Source: Chiloscyllium plagiosum
Taxonomy: Eukaryota
Reading direction: 5' to 3'
Assembly: GCF_004010195.1 (NCBI RefSeq)
Contig: NW_025214984.1
Location: 1-38,887 of the forward strand
Length of the DNA stretch: 38,887 nucleotides
The notes beneath the pieces were generated by a model. That model searched no databases. It was not told the DNA's origin and worked only from the letters and a program-made list of their open reading frames with translations. Positions 11,398 to 22,287 of the stretch are shown here, piece by piece. Every line of letters starts with the position of its first letter. Position 1 is the stretch's first letter. Made by a program: the position numbers and the translations under genes.

Positions 11398-11513
11398 ATT
11401 GGCCCGCACTCCCAACGGACTGGCCTTCTAAACCTCGCGAGAGGCCCGAGCCTCGCCGCCATTGGTCGGCCCGGTCTTCTTCGCGCGCTGCGGGGAGGGG
11501 GTCGGGGGCGGAG
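11398..11513 (-). promoter_or_regulatory. Core promoter motifs: two CCAAT boxes, BANP-like site, GC box
   Basis: ATTGG (CCAAT on minus) at 11398-11402 and 11461-11465. CCTCGCGAGA at 11433-11442 (9/10 to TCTCGCGAGA). GGGGCGGAG at 11505-11513. Confidence 0.65.
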
Positions 11514-12859
11514 AGGATGAAGAGTATTCTCCGCCGAACCCGGATCTCATTTTTTTTTCCTCGGCTGTTTGGTTGATATCGCTCTCTTGTTGTAAAGTGG
11601 AAGAGGGGGGAGGAGGAAAGCAAAGAGACTAAAGAAAATCACCAGAATAAGGAACCTGTTGCTTTTGTTTTTTTTCATGTAAAATTCTCGCTGCCAGGTT
11701 TTGTTTTAGAAGCTGAAATGGCTGTCTCTGTGTGGTGATAAATGTGGCCGTAAATAAACGGCGTTTTAATGAAACATTCAAGGGCTACTTTATAGAGAAA
11801 AAACAAAGCTAAATTGATTTTTCCCACCTCTCCTCCCCCAGGCTGGTCCCAGAATCGCCAACGTCCATGATTATTATCGGAACCTTTTCGGGTGTTCGAG
11901 TATGCTAATTCGGTTAATTTGGAGCGTGGTTCTTCTTCAACCGATTTCAGTGTGATTTTGGAGTTTTCCCCGTTACTCGAGCTTATTTTAAAATGTTTAA
12001 GCCGGGAGCAGTTGACGCATTGCGGAGTGTGGTCGCCTCCATGTGGTGATCGTCTGTTACTGTGGAGACTGCGATTCCAGAACTTCCTTCAAAGGACAAC
12101 ACTCTTTTCTCGCTCAGCCCCATTTTCTCTGAACCGAAGAAACTCTTTTTTAAAAAAAAATTAGATCTCTACGTTTTTGTCATTAATTTCAAAATAAAAA
12201 CTGTAGAACCCATCTAAAAACACGGATTCTTATTCACTCTCTAAGTGTTAAGTCAGTTTGAGAGAACTTGTCTCACATCGACTAGTTCTTAAATTATTGT
12301 TTAACATCAAACCGAAAATGCCGAACATAGGTTCAACCTGACCTACTGTCTGACTTGTTAAAGAAGGAAAACGAGTATTTCGGATCGATGAGTAACCTTC
12401 CTTTGAATTTGGACATTAGTTATGCTTTTGTACTGTTCTAACCTCTTCATCTGCCCAATAGTCTTCACTCTACAAAGATAGTTGAAGAGAGGGCATTTGA
12501 GAATCTTGCAACGAAATTTGCTCTCATGAAATTATTTGTACTTACAATGGAGTTTGTGGAATGATGCACAAGTACCAGATTGATACAAAAGTATAATAGT
12601 GTGGGTGCTTGAAACTTCAAAATATTGGAAACATTGAGCAGTTTAATTAAGATCTCAGGTTGACAAACTTTCCTCGTCTTACTTGATACTTTGTTCTATC
12701 ATCCAAAGATATGTTGCTAAACTGATCAACTCGCCTTAAATACAATGTACTAATTTTCTGTCATTATATTTCAAAAATTATAGCCAGGTGAAAGAACATT
12801 TTATTGGCAGTATCCCTACGTTTGGTGTCAAATAGTTTTAGTTCAGGCACAGCAACATC

Positions 12860-13058
12860 AGTGTGGTGCTGCAAAAGCACAGCAGATCAGGGAGCATCCA
12901 AGGAGCAGGAGAATCAGTGTTTTGGGCGTAAGCTCTTCATCAGGAACTTTCCTGATGAAGAGTTTATGCCCGAAACGTCAATTCTCCGCTGTTGCTGTGC
13001 TTTTCCAGCATCACACTCTCGACTCTGATCTCCAGCATCGACAGTCCTCACTTTCTCC
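12860..13058. mobile_element. Palindromic mini-PLE insertion, family A
   Basis: Inverted arms centred at ~12947-12948 (TTCATCAGGAA-CT-TTCCTGATGAA). Hammerhead core CTGATGA at 12952-12958...GAAACGTC. The right arm has an internal deletion and carries the tail. Confidence 0.85.
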
Positions 13059-13376
13059 AGAGCAGCTCAGTAAGGTTCACTTCGAATGGAAAACTTAAGT
13101 CTGAGTTTTCCTATGCAATGACACCCACAGGATGTCCCAAAAATGTTTCCAGCCAAAAAACTACTTTTGAAATAAAAACAAAGCACTGAAGGGACTCAAT
13201 ATCTGTGGAAAGAGAAACAAAGTTATTGTTTCAAGTCCAATATGATTCTTATTTGGAACTACTTATTTGAAGAATAATCACTGTTGTAGAAAATGCAACA
13301 GCCAGATTGTGCAGAACTAAACTTTCACAAAAAAAACAAAGCACTGAAGGTACTCAATGTCTGTGGAGAGAGAAAC

Positions 13377-13595
13377 CTTACACAGAGGGTGGTAGGTGTC
13401 CGGAATGTTTTGTCAGCAGAGGCAGGCATGGTAGATTCTTTTAAGGTGCATTTGGACAGATGCATGAGTAGGTGGCGAGCAGAGGGATACAGACCCTTAG
13501 GAACTAGGCGATAGGTTTAGACAGTGGATTTGGATCAGCTCAGAGTTGGAGGGCCAAAGGGCCTGTTCCCGGGCTGTAAATTTTCTTTTGTTCTT
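13377..13595 (+). mobile_element. CR1-type LINE 3' end
   Basis: TQRVVGVRNVL...VDSFKVHLDRCM C-terminal CR1 ORF2 motif, followed by a 3'UTR GGGCCAAAGGGCCTGTT. Confidence 0.75.
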
Positions 13596-13804
13596 CAAAC
13601 ACCAATAAGAATGTCAATAATAGGAGCAGTGTGCATCATTCAGCTTTTTGAGCCTGTTACACCAGTCATGACTAATCTGATGTGGCTTTCATTTCACATT
13701 CTTGCCTGTTTCCTCCATAATACCTGAATCCCTATGGAATCCCACCGAGCTCAAGTTTGAATAAATTCAATGACAGAACCTCCGTTAGTTGAAGCGTTTT
13801 TAAA

Positions 13805-14345
13805 AATAAAACAAGGAACAGCAGATGGTCTGGCAAAACTCAGTAGGTGTGGCAGTGTCTGGGAAGATATCAGAGTTAACATTTCGAGTCCAGTGACTCT
13901 TCAACAGACTGTTAATAGCTGTGAAAATCTGGTATATATGCTAGCTGAAGTTAGCGGGTGGAGGACATGAATGGATAGGTGGAGATAGAGCACAGAGAGA
14001 GATGAAAGGGGTAGGTAAACAAGTAGTAATGGATCAGAGGTCATAACAGAAGAAACGCTGAATAAGACATAATAAGAGTTAAAAGTGAGAAAATGGGTTG
14101 ACTGTGCTGACTACGACCCATATAATGTGATAATTGGCCTGGGAGTACCTGGGAATGGGTGGCTGCTAAAATGAATCATTTCATAATAAAACTAGAGATG
14201 GGGTGGATAAAAATATTGGAAGGATGGAATCAGGCTCTAAAGTTATTGAAATGGACGTTGAGTCCTAGAGGCCACAGGGTCCTCAAGTGGAAAATGAGAT
14301 GTTTTTCTTCAAGCTTATGCTGAGGCTCACTGGAGCACTGCAGAA
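13805..14345 (-). mobile_element. PLE 3' fragment, family C (inverted arm of a larger head-to-head insertion)
   Basis: ORF 14230..14418 ends KLEEKHLIFHLRTLWPLGLNVHF, a PLE GIY-YIG C-terminus. The 3' end has a hammerhead-like motif CTGTTGA-A-GAGTC-ACTG-GACTC-GAAAT-GTT at 13878-13907 (minus). Confidence 0.8.
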
Positions 14346-14349
14346 GGTT

Positions 14350-15426
14350 TAATACCTGCTCATTTACCTCCTCCGTCCTCACTATCCAAGGCTCCAGACA
14401 TACCAAGCAGCGATTCACCTGTACTTCACTCCATCTAGTCTACTGTATTCGCTGTTCATAATGTGGCCTCCTCTACACTGGGGAAACGAGTAACCGCTTT
14501 GCTGAACATCTACACTCTGTCCGCAAACATGATCCCAAGTTTCCATTTGCCTGCCACTTCAACACACCACTGTGTTCCTTGGCCAACATCCCTGTCGTAA
14601 ACATGCTGCAGTGTTCCAGCAAGCATCAATGAAAGCTCAAAGAACGACAACTCAGTTTGTTTTTGGACACTTTGCAGCCTCTAGGACTCAATATGGAGTT
14701 CATAACTTTAGAGCCTGATTCTATTCTTTCATTTTTTTTTACCCTGTTATGACGTGGTTGCTTTAGCACAGTCACCCATTCCCATGAACTCCAAGCTTCT
14801 TTTATCAATTAGGGGTTGCATTCAGCTAGATCTTTTTCTCACTCATAGCTCTTGTTATCTTTATTAAGCTTTCCTTCTGTCCTGGCCCACTATCCAATAT
14901 CTCCTTGTTTATGTACCCCTTTTATTCTCTCTCTGTATCTGTCGCTGGGTTCCATCTCCACCTATTCACGCCCTCAACCCCACCACTACCACTTTGCCAA
15001 GCATAAACACCCGTTTTTCCTAGCTAATAGGACTGAAGAGTCTGACGAACTCTGATGAAGAGTCAATGGACTTAAAACAGTAACTCCAAATGTTTGAATT
15101 TTCACCCTTGTTCCTTTATTTTCTACTTAAAACTAAGGAAGTCTGCATTGTGTAACTTTTAACCTTATTTTGTATGTTTAATGCTCTACTATTATTACTG
15201 CAATGTTTAACTTTTAACTTTGTTCTTTCTTTCTACCTTGTTTTTAAGATTCTGTACCTTGGTACTTGTACCTAAGATGGCATCTTGTGTTGCGATATTA
15301 CACACTTCTCCCTGTACTCCCGTGCTTTTGTACTTGAGTATACATCAAATCAAATAAAATCAATCAACTTTCTTCCCTCATGTGCTGCCTGATCTGCTGA
15401 GTTTCTCCAGCAATTTCTGTTTTTGT
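14350..15426 (+). mobile_element. PLE GIY-YIG fragment plus 3' end, family C; tail interrupted by another repeat at ~15090-15365
   Basis: Plus-strand FTCTSLHLVYCIRCS*CGLLYTGET...RFAEH...CHFN. CTGATGAAGAGTCAATGGACTT at 15052-15073. The tail resumes at ~15368 (TGCTGCCTGATCTGCTGAGTTTCTCCAGC). Confidence 0.8.
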
Positions 15427-15689
15427 GAGAGAATGTCAAACGTTAATGATCTGAGAGAAGGACGTCCTCCTCATCCACATCCTAAATGAGAGACCTGCTA
15501 TTTTTAAATAGTGTTACCTAGTTGTAGATTACCAATGAGGGGAAAAAAAACTCAGCATTTATCCTGTCAAGCTCTCTTAGAATTTTACATCTCTCAAGAT
15601 TGCCTCTCATTCTTCTCAATTCAAAAGCTGAATCTGCTCAACATTTCCGTGTATAGCAACAGAAGAGACTACGAACTCTGTGGTAAGAA

Positions 15690-16428
15690 ACCCACTACCT
15701 ACATCCAGCGTCTAGCTATGAGGCATAAGTCAGGCGTGGGATTAAACATTCTCCAATTACCTGGATCAATGCACCTCAAGTTGTTAAAAAGTGTGGTGCT
15801 GGAAAAGCTCAGCAGGCCAGGCAGCATCTGAGGAGCTTATGCCCGAAATGTCAATTCTCCTGCTCCTTGGATGCTGCCTGGCCTGCTGAGCTTTTCCAGC
15901 ACTACACTTTTCAACTCTGGCCTCCAGCATCTGCAGTCCTCACTTTCTCCTCAATGCACCTCCAGCAACATTCAAGAAACTTGACACCATCCAGCACAAA
16001 TAGGCTGCTTAGTTGGCACTCCATGTTCCACATGAAGCATTCCCTTCACCATGATGTATATTCGCAGTATTTTGTATTATCTACAAGATACCTTGCAGTG
16101 ACTCATCAAGGCTCCACTGACAGTATCTTCCAAATCTGTGACCTTTACCACCTTGAACAACAGCAGCAGATGCATGGGAACACCACAACCTGCAAGTTCC
16201 TGTCCAAGTCACATACCATCCCAACTTGAACTGCAACACTATTCCTTTATTGTCAAAATACCAAAATCCTAGAATTCCTGAACAGACCGTGGATCTTCCT
16301 ACACCCCCAAGGGCTGCAGCAGTTCAAGAAAGTTTCTCACCATCTTCTCCAGGGCAACTCAGGGTGAGCAATAAATGCTAAACTAGCCAGTGATGCTCAC
16401 ATTCACTTGAAACATTTTTTTTAAAAAC
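15690..16428 (+). mobile_element. LINE 3' fragment (L2/CR1-like second family), interrupted by PLE palindrome 15781-15950
   Basis: SPITWINAPPATFKKLDTIQ-like C-terminal segment across the insertion. The 3' end GCAATAAATGCT...CCAGTGATGCTCACATTC is shared with the copy at 22899-22976. Confidence 0.7.
15781..15950. mobile_element. Palindromic mini-PLE insertion, family A (short left arm)
   Basis: The left arm is joined at GAGGAGC|TTATGCCCGAAAT inside hammerhead stem II. TSD TCAATGCACCTC(A/C)AG at 15766-15780 and 15951-15965. Confidence 0.85.
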
Positions 16429-16919
16429 CCTCCACACCTGGAATCAGCCTAATGAACCTACTCTGAACTCCATTCTTAAGTGAACAAAACTAGATGCAGT
16501 ACTATAATGTGGTCTCACCAATGCCCTGTACAGTTGTAGCAAGACTTCCCTACAATTATACTCCATCTCTGCTTGCAATAATGACCAATACTCCATTTAC
16601 TTTATAACTACTTACTGTGTCTGCATGCTGGTGTTTTGTGATTCGTGTGCAAGAGCACCTAGATCCCACTAAACTGTAGAAATCTGCAGTGTTTTTCCAT
16701 TTAGACAATGTCCTATTTTTATTTTCTTCCTGTCAAAGTGAAAAACCTCATATTTTCATATCCTTCATTTGCCAAATGATTGTCCACTCATAACCTATAC
16801 ATAAGCATTTCAGACACTTGTATCCTTCTCACAAAACTATGTTTGTATTGTCCCCAAATGTGGCCATAATACCATCAGTTCCTTCATCAAGTCATTACTA
16901 TTGATTGTAAATAATTAAG

Positions 16920-17125
16920 AGCTGAAAATGTGTTGCTGGAACAGCGCAGCAGGTCAGGCAGCATCCAGGGAACAGGAGAATCAACGTTTCGGGCATAAGC
17001 CCTTCTTGGGGCTTATGCCCGAAACGTCGATTCTCCTGTTCCCTGGATGCTGCCTGACCTGCTGCGCTGTTCCAGCAACACATTTTCAGCTCTGATCTCC
17101 AGCATCTGCAGACCTCACTTTCTCC
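16920..17125. mobile_element. Palindromic mini-PLE insertion, family A (young)
   Basis: ~83-bp arms with 1 mismatch, centre at ~17003-17008, tail on the right. Exact 14-bp TSD TGTAAATAATTAAG at 16906-16919 and 17126-17139. Confidence 0.9.
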
Positions 17126-17294
17126 TGTAAATAATTAAGCCCTGATCCCTGCAGCACTTCACTAATTACAGTTTTCTAATCTAAAATTGAAAACTATTTA
17201 CCCTGATTTTATTTTCTGTCAGTTAACCAATTCCTTATCCTTGCTGATATGTCCCCCAATATCAAATGTGCTTATCTCGCATAATGAACTAATA

Positions 17295-17585
17295 TGACAA
17301 TGATCAGAAAATCTGTTTTTTTATGTTGATTGATTGATAAATGTTCACTGATAAATATTGTTGGTGGCACCAGAAATAATCACTTATTCTTAAAAATAGT
17401 GGCTTGAGATCTTCTAAATGTACCTGAGGCAGAGGGTTCTCTGTTTAAATCTCATTGGACTCCAACAGTGCAGCACCATCTCAGTTTGAATCTTTAAGAC
17501 AGGATTGATTTTTGTACTCAAATTCTAGAGTGAAACCATGAAGCTCCAATTTGCTGAGAGGTGAAACTGCGACTAACTGAACCAC
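17295..17585 (-). mobile_element. SacSINE1/Deu-type SINE
   Basis: tRNA-like head at the right end (minus GTGGTTCAGTTAGTCGCAG) and the conserved CCAACAGTGCAGCACCATCTCAGT core. Confidence 0.6.
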
Positions 17586-18106
17586 AAATGACATTCATCA
17601 GAGTATAAATTATTCTCATCCGAATATATGTAAGTGGTTTCATGCTATGAATCAGAGATGAATGGGAATTATTTGATTCCATCAGACTTTCTATGATACT
17701 AATTCTACATGGAAACCTTTTGGAACATGTACTGTATAGGCAGATTATATTTCCTGAGTTATAAAGGAAAACAAAATAAAGTTGGTGTTTGTTCAATGCA
17801 GAATATACTGTCTGCTTCAGTAAGGGCTTTTCTGAAATGATTTCAGCTTATGAAGGAAATAACTTGCAATAATATAGCATTTTTATGTTCATAATATGCA
17901 CCAATGTACTTGGCAACCAATAAGTTGTACAAAGAACAGTTGTTACAATGTTGGCAACTGTTAGACTAGTCCTCTCCCCAGTAACAAAATTACCTTTTCA
18001 GCTGGTGTGAAAGAATTTAAATACTGTACACAAAATGAAGTTGCTCTGTATTATATGTTGTCATGAGACAGTTGAAACTCAAGCATGATGCATTGGTATT
18101 TCTACT

Positions 18107-18338
18107 TAGTTAGAGACAAAAAAACTGCAGATGCTGGAATCCAAAGTAGACAAGCAGGAAGCTGGAAGAACATAGCAAGCCAGGCAGCATCAGAAGGTGG
18201 AGAAGTCAACGTTTCAGTATAACCCTTCTTCAGGAATGCAGAATGAAGAAGGGTTATACTGTACCTGAAATGTCAACTTCTCCACCTCCTGATGCTGCCT
18301 GGCTTGCTGTGTTCTTCCAGCCTCCTGCTTATCTACTG
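18107..18338. mobile_element. Palindromic mini-PLE insertion, family A variant (tail on left)
   Basis: Inverted arms GTAGACAAGCAGGAAGCTGGAAGAAC... / ...GTTCTTCCAGCCTCCTGCTTATCTAC, centre ~18236-18243. TSD TGGTATTT(C/T)TACT at 18094-18106 and 18339-18351. Confidence 0.85.
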
Positions 18339-18907
18339 TGGTATTTTTACTGACAGCTTTTGGTTTTTTAAAGACCTTATTGTATCTTGTATAAGATCAA
18401 GACAAAGTAAAAAAAGTAATAAAAAAAAGAGAACTCCAAAGATTGGAAGTAGAAGCTTTTAAGTCAATCCAGTGCCTTATTCTTTTCAGAGTATCTATTG
18501 TCCAGGACACAAATCTGAATGAGGGTCAGCATGATTAGATATTTAATTATTTCTTCAAGAGAGGTAACCAGATCTGAATTGAGTTGCCAAGTCCACTCAG
18601 CAAAATTTAATAATGCAGTGATATTAAATCAAAATATTGTCTCTATTGCAAGTAATAGTTACCCATTCAGAAAGGTGACTTGTAAGATAGGATGCTGCAA
18701 CATAGTTTATTTCTGCAGTATATCCAGAGTCCAGGATTTTAGCGTGTGCTAATTAGACCCTCTCAGTGCCTCAAATGTATATAAATAGCATCTTGTATAA
18801 GTAAGGAATGCCTTGGGTTTGGTCTGTAGGATAACATTAAACTCCAGTGTTTGTTTGTTTCTGTATCTGCAAAGGCTGTACAGAACCAAACTGCTCTATT
18901 GACTCTG

Positions 18908-19130
18908 AGTAGAGAGTGTGTTGCTGGGAAAGCACAGCAGGTCAGGCAGCATTCGAGGAGCAGGAAAATCGACATTTCAGGCATAAGCCCTTCATCAAGA
19001 AAGGCCTGATGAAGGGCTTAAGCCCGAAATGTGAATTCTCCTGCTCCTGATATGCTGCCTCTCCTGCTGTGCTTTCCCAGCAACACACTCTCAACTCTGA
19101 TCTCCAGCATCTGCAGTCCTTACTTTCTCC
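18908..19130. mobile_element. Palindromic mini-PLE insertion, family A
   Basis: Centre ~19000-19004, with CTGATGA at 19006-19012. TSD TGCTCTA(T/G)TGACTCTG at 18892-18907 and 19131-19146. Confidence 0.85.
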
Positions 19131-19742
19131 TGCTCTAGTGACTCTGTATGTATATCAAGATTTTTTTGTGAATAAGGTATATTTTTGAAATTAAAAAAGT
19201 TAGTTTGTTATACTTAACAATTCTCAGGAGTATTCTGAGTAGGACAGGTGGTAAGGATAGACACCCTGTGAACATTCCATTCTGCAGAACTTTGTGCAAT
19301 TTTTATAGTTCAGGTTTCAGGCATTCCTTTACTGTCACTTGGTTAAAAACCTGGAACTCCCAATACCTGCCTTGACATCAAAGCAATAGTTGATCAAGTC
19401 TGGACCATTACCCCTGACAAAAACTGGCCAATGGGAAAATAAAAAGGGGCTTCTTTGTTTGATTTTTGTTTGGATGATAATGACCCAATTCTTAAGAATA
19501 TTAATTAAAAGAAAACAAACTACATCAATGAAAATATCAATGAAGATTCATTGGATGCTGGTCATCATAATATAATATATCACTGTTGGAGTTCCTCTGG
19601 ATAACATCTTCAGCTTGACCATTATTTGGATCTCAATAATCTTTCTTCATCATAATAACCTCAAATCTGGTTCATTAATTGCTCCACAGTGTCTATCTCC
19701 TGATAATGAAGCTTAATTCAGAGTCACAGCTACATAAAAATA

Positions 19743-20342
19743 ATGTCATTTATTGTATCTGTTGCTTTCGATGCGGTCTCCTTTACATTGGGGAGACTGG
19801 AGGCCTTCTCGCAGAGCACTTTAAGGAACATCTCCGGGACACCCGCACCAATCAACCTCACCGACCCGTGGCAGAACATTTCAACTCTCTCTCCCACTCT
19901 GCCAAGGACATGCAGGTCCTGGGCTTCCTCCATTGCCACTCCCTCACCATCCGATGCCTGGAGGAAGAACACCTCATCTTCCGTCTTGGAACACTTCAAT
20001 CCCAGGGCATCAATGTGAACTTCACCAGTTTCCTCATTTCCCCTCCCTTCACCTTACCCCAAATCCAAACCCAGCTCCATCCTTATGACCTGTTCTACCT
20101 ATCAATCTTCCTTCCCCCCTATCCACTCCACCCTCCTCTCCGACCTATCATCTTTATCCCCACTTCCATCTACCTATTGCACTCTTAGCTAACTTCTCCC
20201 CAGCAGCACTCCCCCATTTATCTCTATTCCTGGGGCTCCAAGCCTCATTCCTGTGGAAGGGCTCCAGCCAGAAACATCGATTTTCCTGCTCCTTGGATGC
20301 TGCCTAACCTGCTGTGCTTTTCCAGCACCACTCTAATCTTGA
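19743..20342 (+). mobile_element. 5'-truncated PLE (GIY-YIG endonuclease C-terminus plus 3' end)
   Basis: ORF 19679..20188: NVIYCICCFRCGLLYIGETG...EHFKEH...HFN...LEEEHLIFRLGTLQSQGIN. TSD CTACATAAAAATA at 19730-19742 and 20343-20355. Confidence 0.9.
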
Positions 20343-21408
20343 CTACATAAAAATATCCCTACCCTCTATTCTAAATTTCTTATATTTAATCTTGTTTCTA
20401 TGAGCCTTACCCCGGCCCATTAACTAATGGAACATAATTTCTTTTATCTGTCTCATGCTTTCAGAATTTTAGAATCTTCTACCGGAGTATCATCAAAGGA
20501 TGTGTGCACATGGAGAAATTTATTGCATGCAGTTGTGATAGGTAGCCAGTTTTATTGTTTAGTGCTTTTAAAGTTCTGAACTTTTAAAATTTGCGTTATT
20601 TTGATTTTAAGTGCGGGTGTTGAATAAAGAAGAAATTTGGTGAATATTTGGTCTGCATTGTGGCACTGGCTGATTTGTAAGTTATAGTTTGGAAAAGATG
20701 GAAAGTACCCTTTTTAAAGTTTCTGCTCGTAATTAGTTCCTCATACTCCATCAATCAGGTTATTCAATTTGATTCTATCACAATCCTTTTGTCCTGTCTA
20801 CTCACAACAGGCGACAACTGTGACAAATCTAAGGCCATATTTTCCAAGTTTGAAAGGTGCATGCGAGACCTAGACTGTGATTATATAAAAAATGCTGCGT
20901 GATAAGAAGGGAGAGAATGGTAAACTATGCAATATGAAACTCTTCATTAATTCCCATTTTACAGAGGAGAATTCTAGTTATGTAGTCCTATCGTGATCAA
21001 TTTGGCAACGCGTGCTGTAGAATATATCAATCTAGCAGGAGGTGAGATATGTTAAATTTCTCCACTCATTCGCGTTTAGGAAAAGCCTTCCCCATTACAT
21101 ACACTGCATTTGGCAATATTGGTTGATCAGAGTGAATACAGCTAAAATATCATGATTTCACAAAAGCTGGAAATTTCTGAAACTTCAGCATCAAAGGCCT
21201 TTTACCCTTTCGTTGTCTGTTCTTTGTCATCCCCAAAATTCTTCAATATCTCTCTCAGGGAATGACTCACATCAAGCAGTTCTAAATGTATTCTGTATCA
21301 ATGTGTGTTTCATGTCACGCATTCGTCTTGACTTTATATAATTGCGTAATTCATTTTATACATGCGTATACATTAGCTTATTTTCTGCAAAATAAATCAT
21401 GGAGAGAG

Positions 21409-21412
21409 AAAA
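21409..21412 (-). terminator. Pol III terminator (T4) of tRNA-Ile
   Basis: Minus strand reads ATTTGTTTT directly after the tRNA 3' end. Confidence 0.6.
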
Positions 21413-21417
21413 CAAAT

Positions 21418-21491
21418 TGGCCCGTACGGGGATCGAACCCGCGACCTTGGCGTTATTAGCACCACGCTCTAACCAACTGAGCTAACCGGCC
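21418..21491 (-). tRNA. tRNA-Ile-AAT: tRNA-Ile (anticodon AAT)
   Basis: Reverse complement is GGCCGGTTAGCTCAGTTGGTTAGAGCGTGGTGCTAATAACGCCAAGGTCGCGGGTTCGATCCCCGTACGGGCCA: 74 nt, full cloverleaf, intact A/B boxes. Matches the canonical vertebrate Ile-AAT sequence as I recall it. Confidence 0.97.
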
Positions 21492-22287
21492 AGCTACATG
21501 CAGGCAGCACATCTGATGGCCTTTAAAGGCGGTTTACGTTTTTTAAGGTCTCAGTACCTTGGAAATTACTCAACTAAAGAGCCATTGGAATATCGAAATA
21601 AAATATTAATCCGTTTTTTAAATGAAAATGTATAGACTTACTCCATCTGCTGGTAATTGTGTGCATTTTTATGCAGCATTCAACAGATATTTTCCCAGGA
21701 TTTGCACACTCCACTCTTTAACAGGTTTGTTTTGGAAAGTGCAAATTCTGCTGAACATTACTATTCTATAATTGTTTAAAACCTGTTTAATATTTTCACT
21801 GTTTGCGATTTCAGTACAGTTCATGGAACCCATTTACATTTTTGTTACTTTAATACAGAATTCTAAACTTCCCTGAGATGGCTTTAAACTCCCAGTATTT
21901 AGCAGGGGCCCAGGCCTTCTCTGTTGGAGTGCAGTTGGGGAGATGGAGAGACCCTGGATAGGGACAATGGAGAAATGATGATGGAATGTGCGAGCTTGTG
22001 GAATGAATGCACTGGAGTGTGCACTATGAGAACCTGTTATTATTTTAGCAAGTTTGAAGGATAGTTAATACTGTTAAGTGCGAATGGACACACACCTTTT
22101 AAAATTTTGGTAAAGTAGCTTGATTTCAAGCAAAGATTTTAGAAATACTCTCCAATGTGCTCACGAAATGTTAACAACCTCAGTAAAATTTGAACACCAT
22201 TTTAGTAAAAGTGCAGCAAGCTCTTCTGCAAACTTAAACAGTAAACCCACTGTCATAGAATCGTATAAAATCCTGATGCTGGACATT

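Larger units (their letters stand above)
8560..12120. promoter_or_regulatory. CpG island / promoter region of an unidentified host gene (most likely transcribed on the minus strand)
   Basis: Strong CpG retention against a CpG-depleted background, peaking at 11220-11560. No recognisable transposons from ~7400 to 12850. Dense TF motifs. Confidence 0.85.
15430..17270 (-). mobile_element. Decayed CR1-type LINE hosting nested insertions
   Basis: CR1-like minus-strand sequence at ~15430-15680 and ~16430-17270 (e.g. TGGTCTCACCAATGCCCTGTACAG; CCCTGCAGCACTTCACT, the inverse of a GVPQG-like segment). Confidence 0.65.

Noticed and set aside
10777..11623. ORFs of 128-132 aa in the CpG island
   Set aside because: Typical stop-poor GC-rich frames with no recognisable homology.
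11520..12164. Divergent plus-strand gene (bidirectional promoter)
   Set aside because: No convincing splice donor or coding exon on the plus strand. It cannot be excluded without RNA data.
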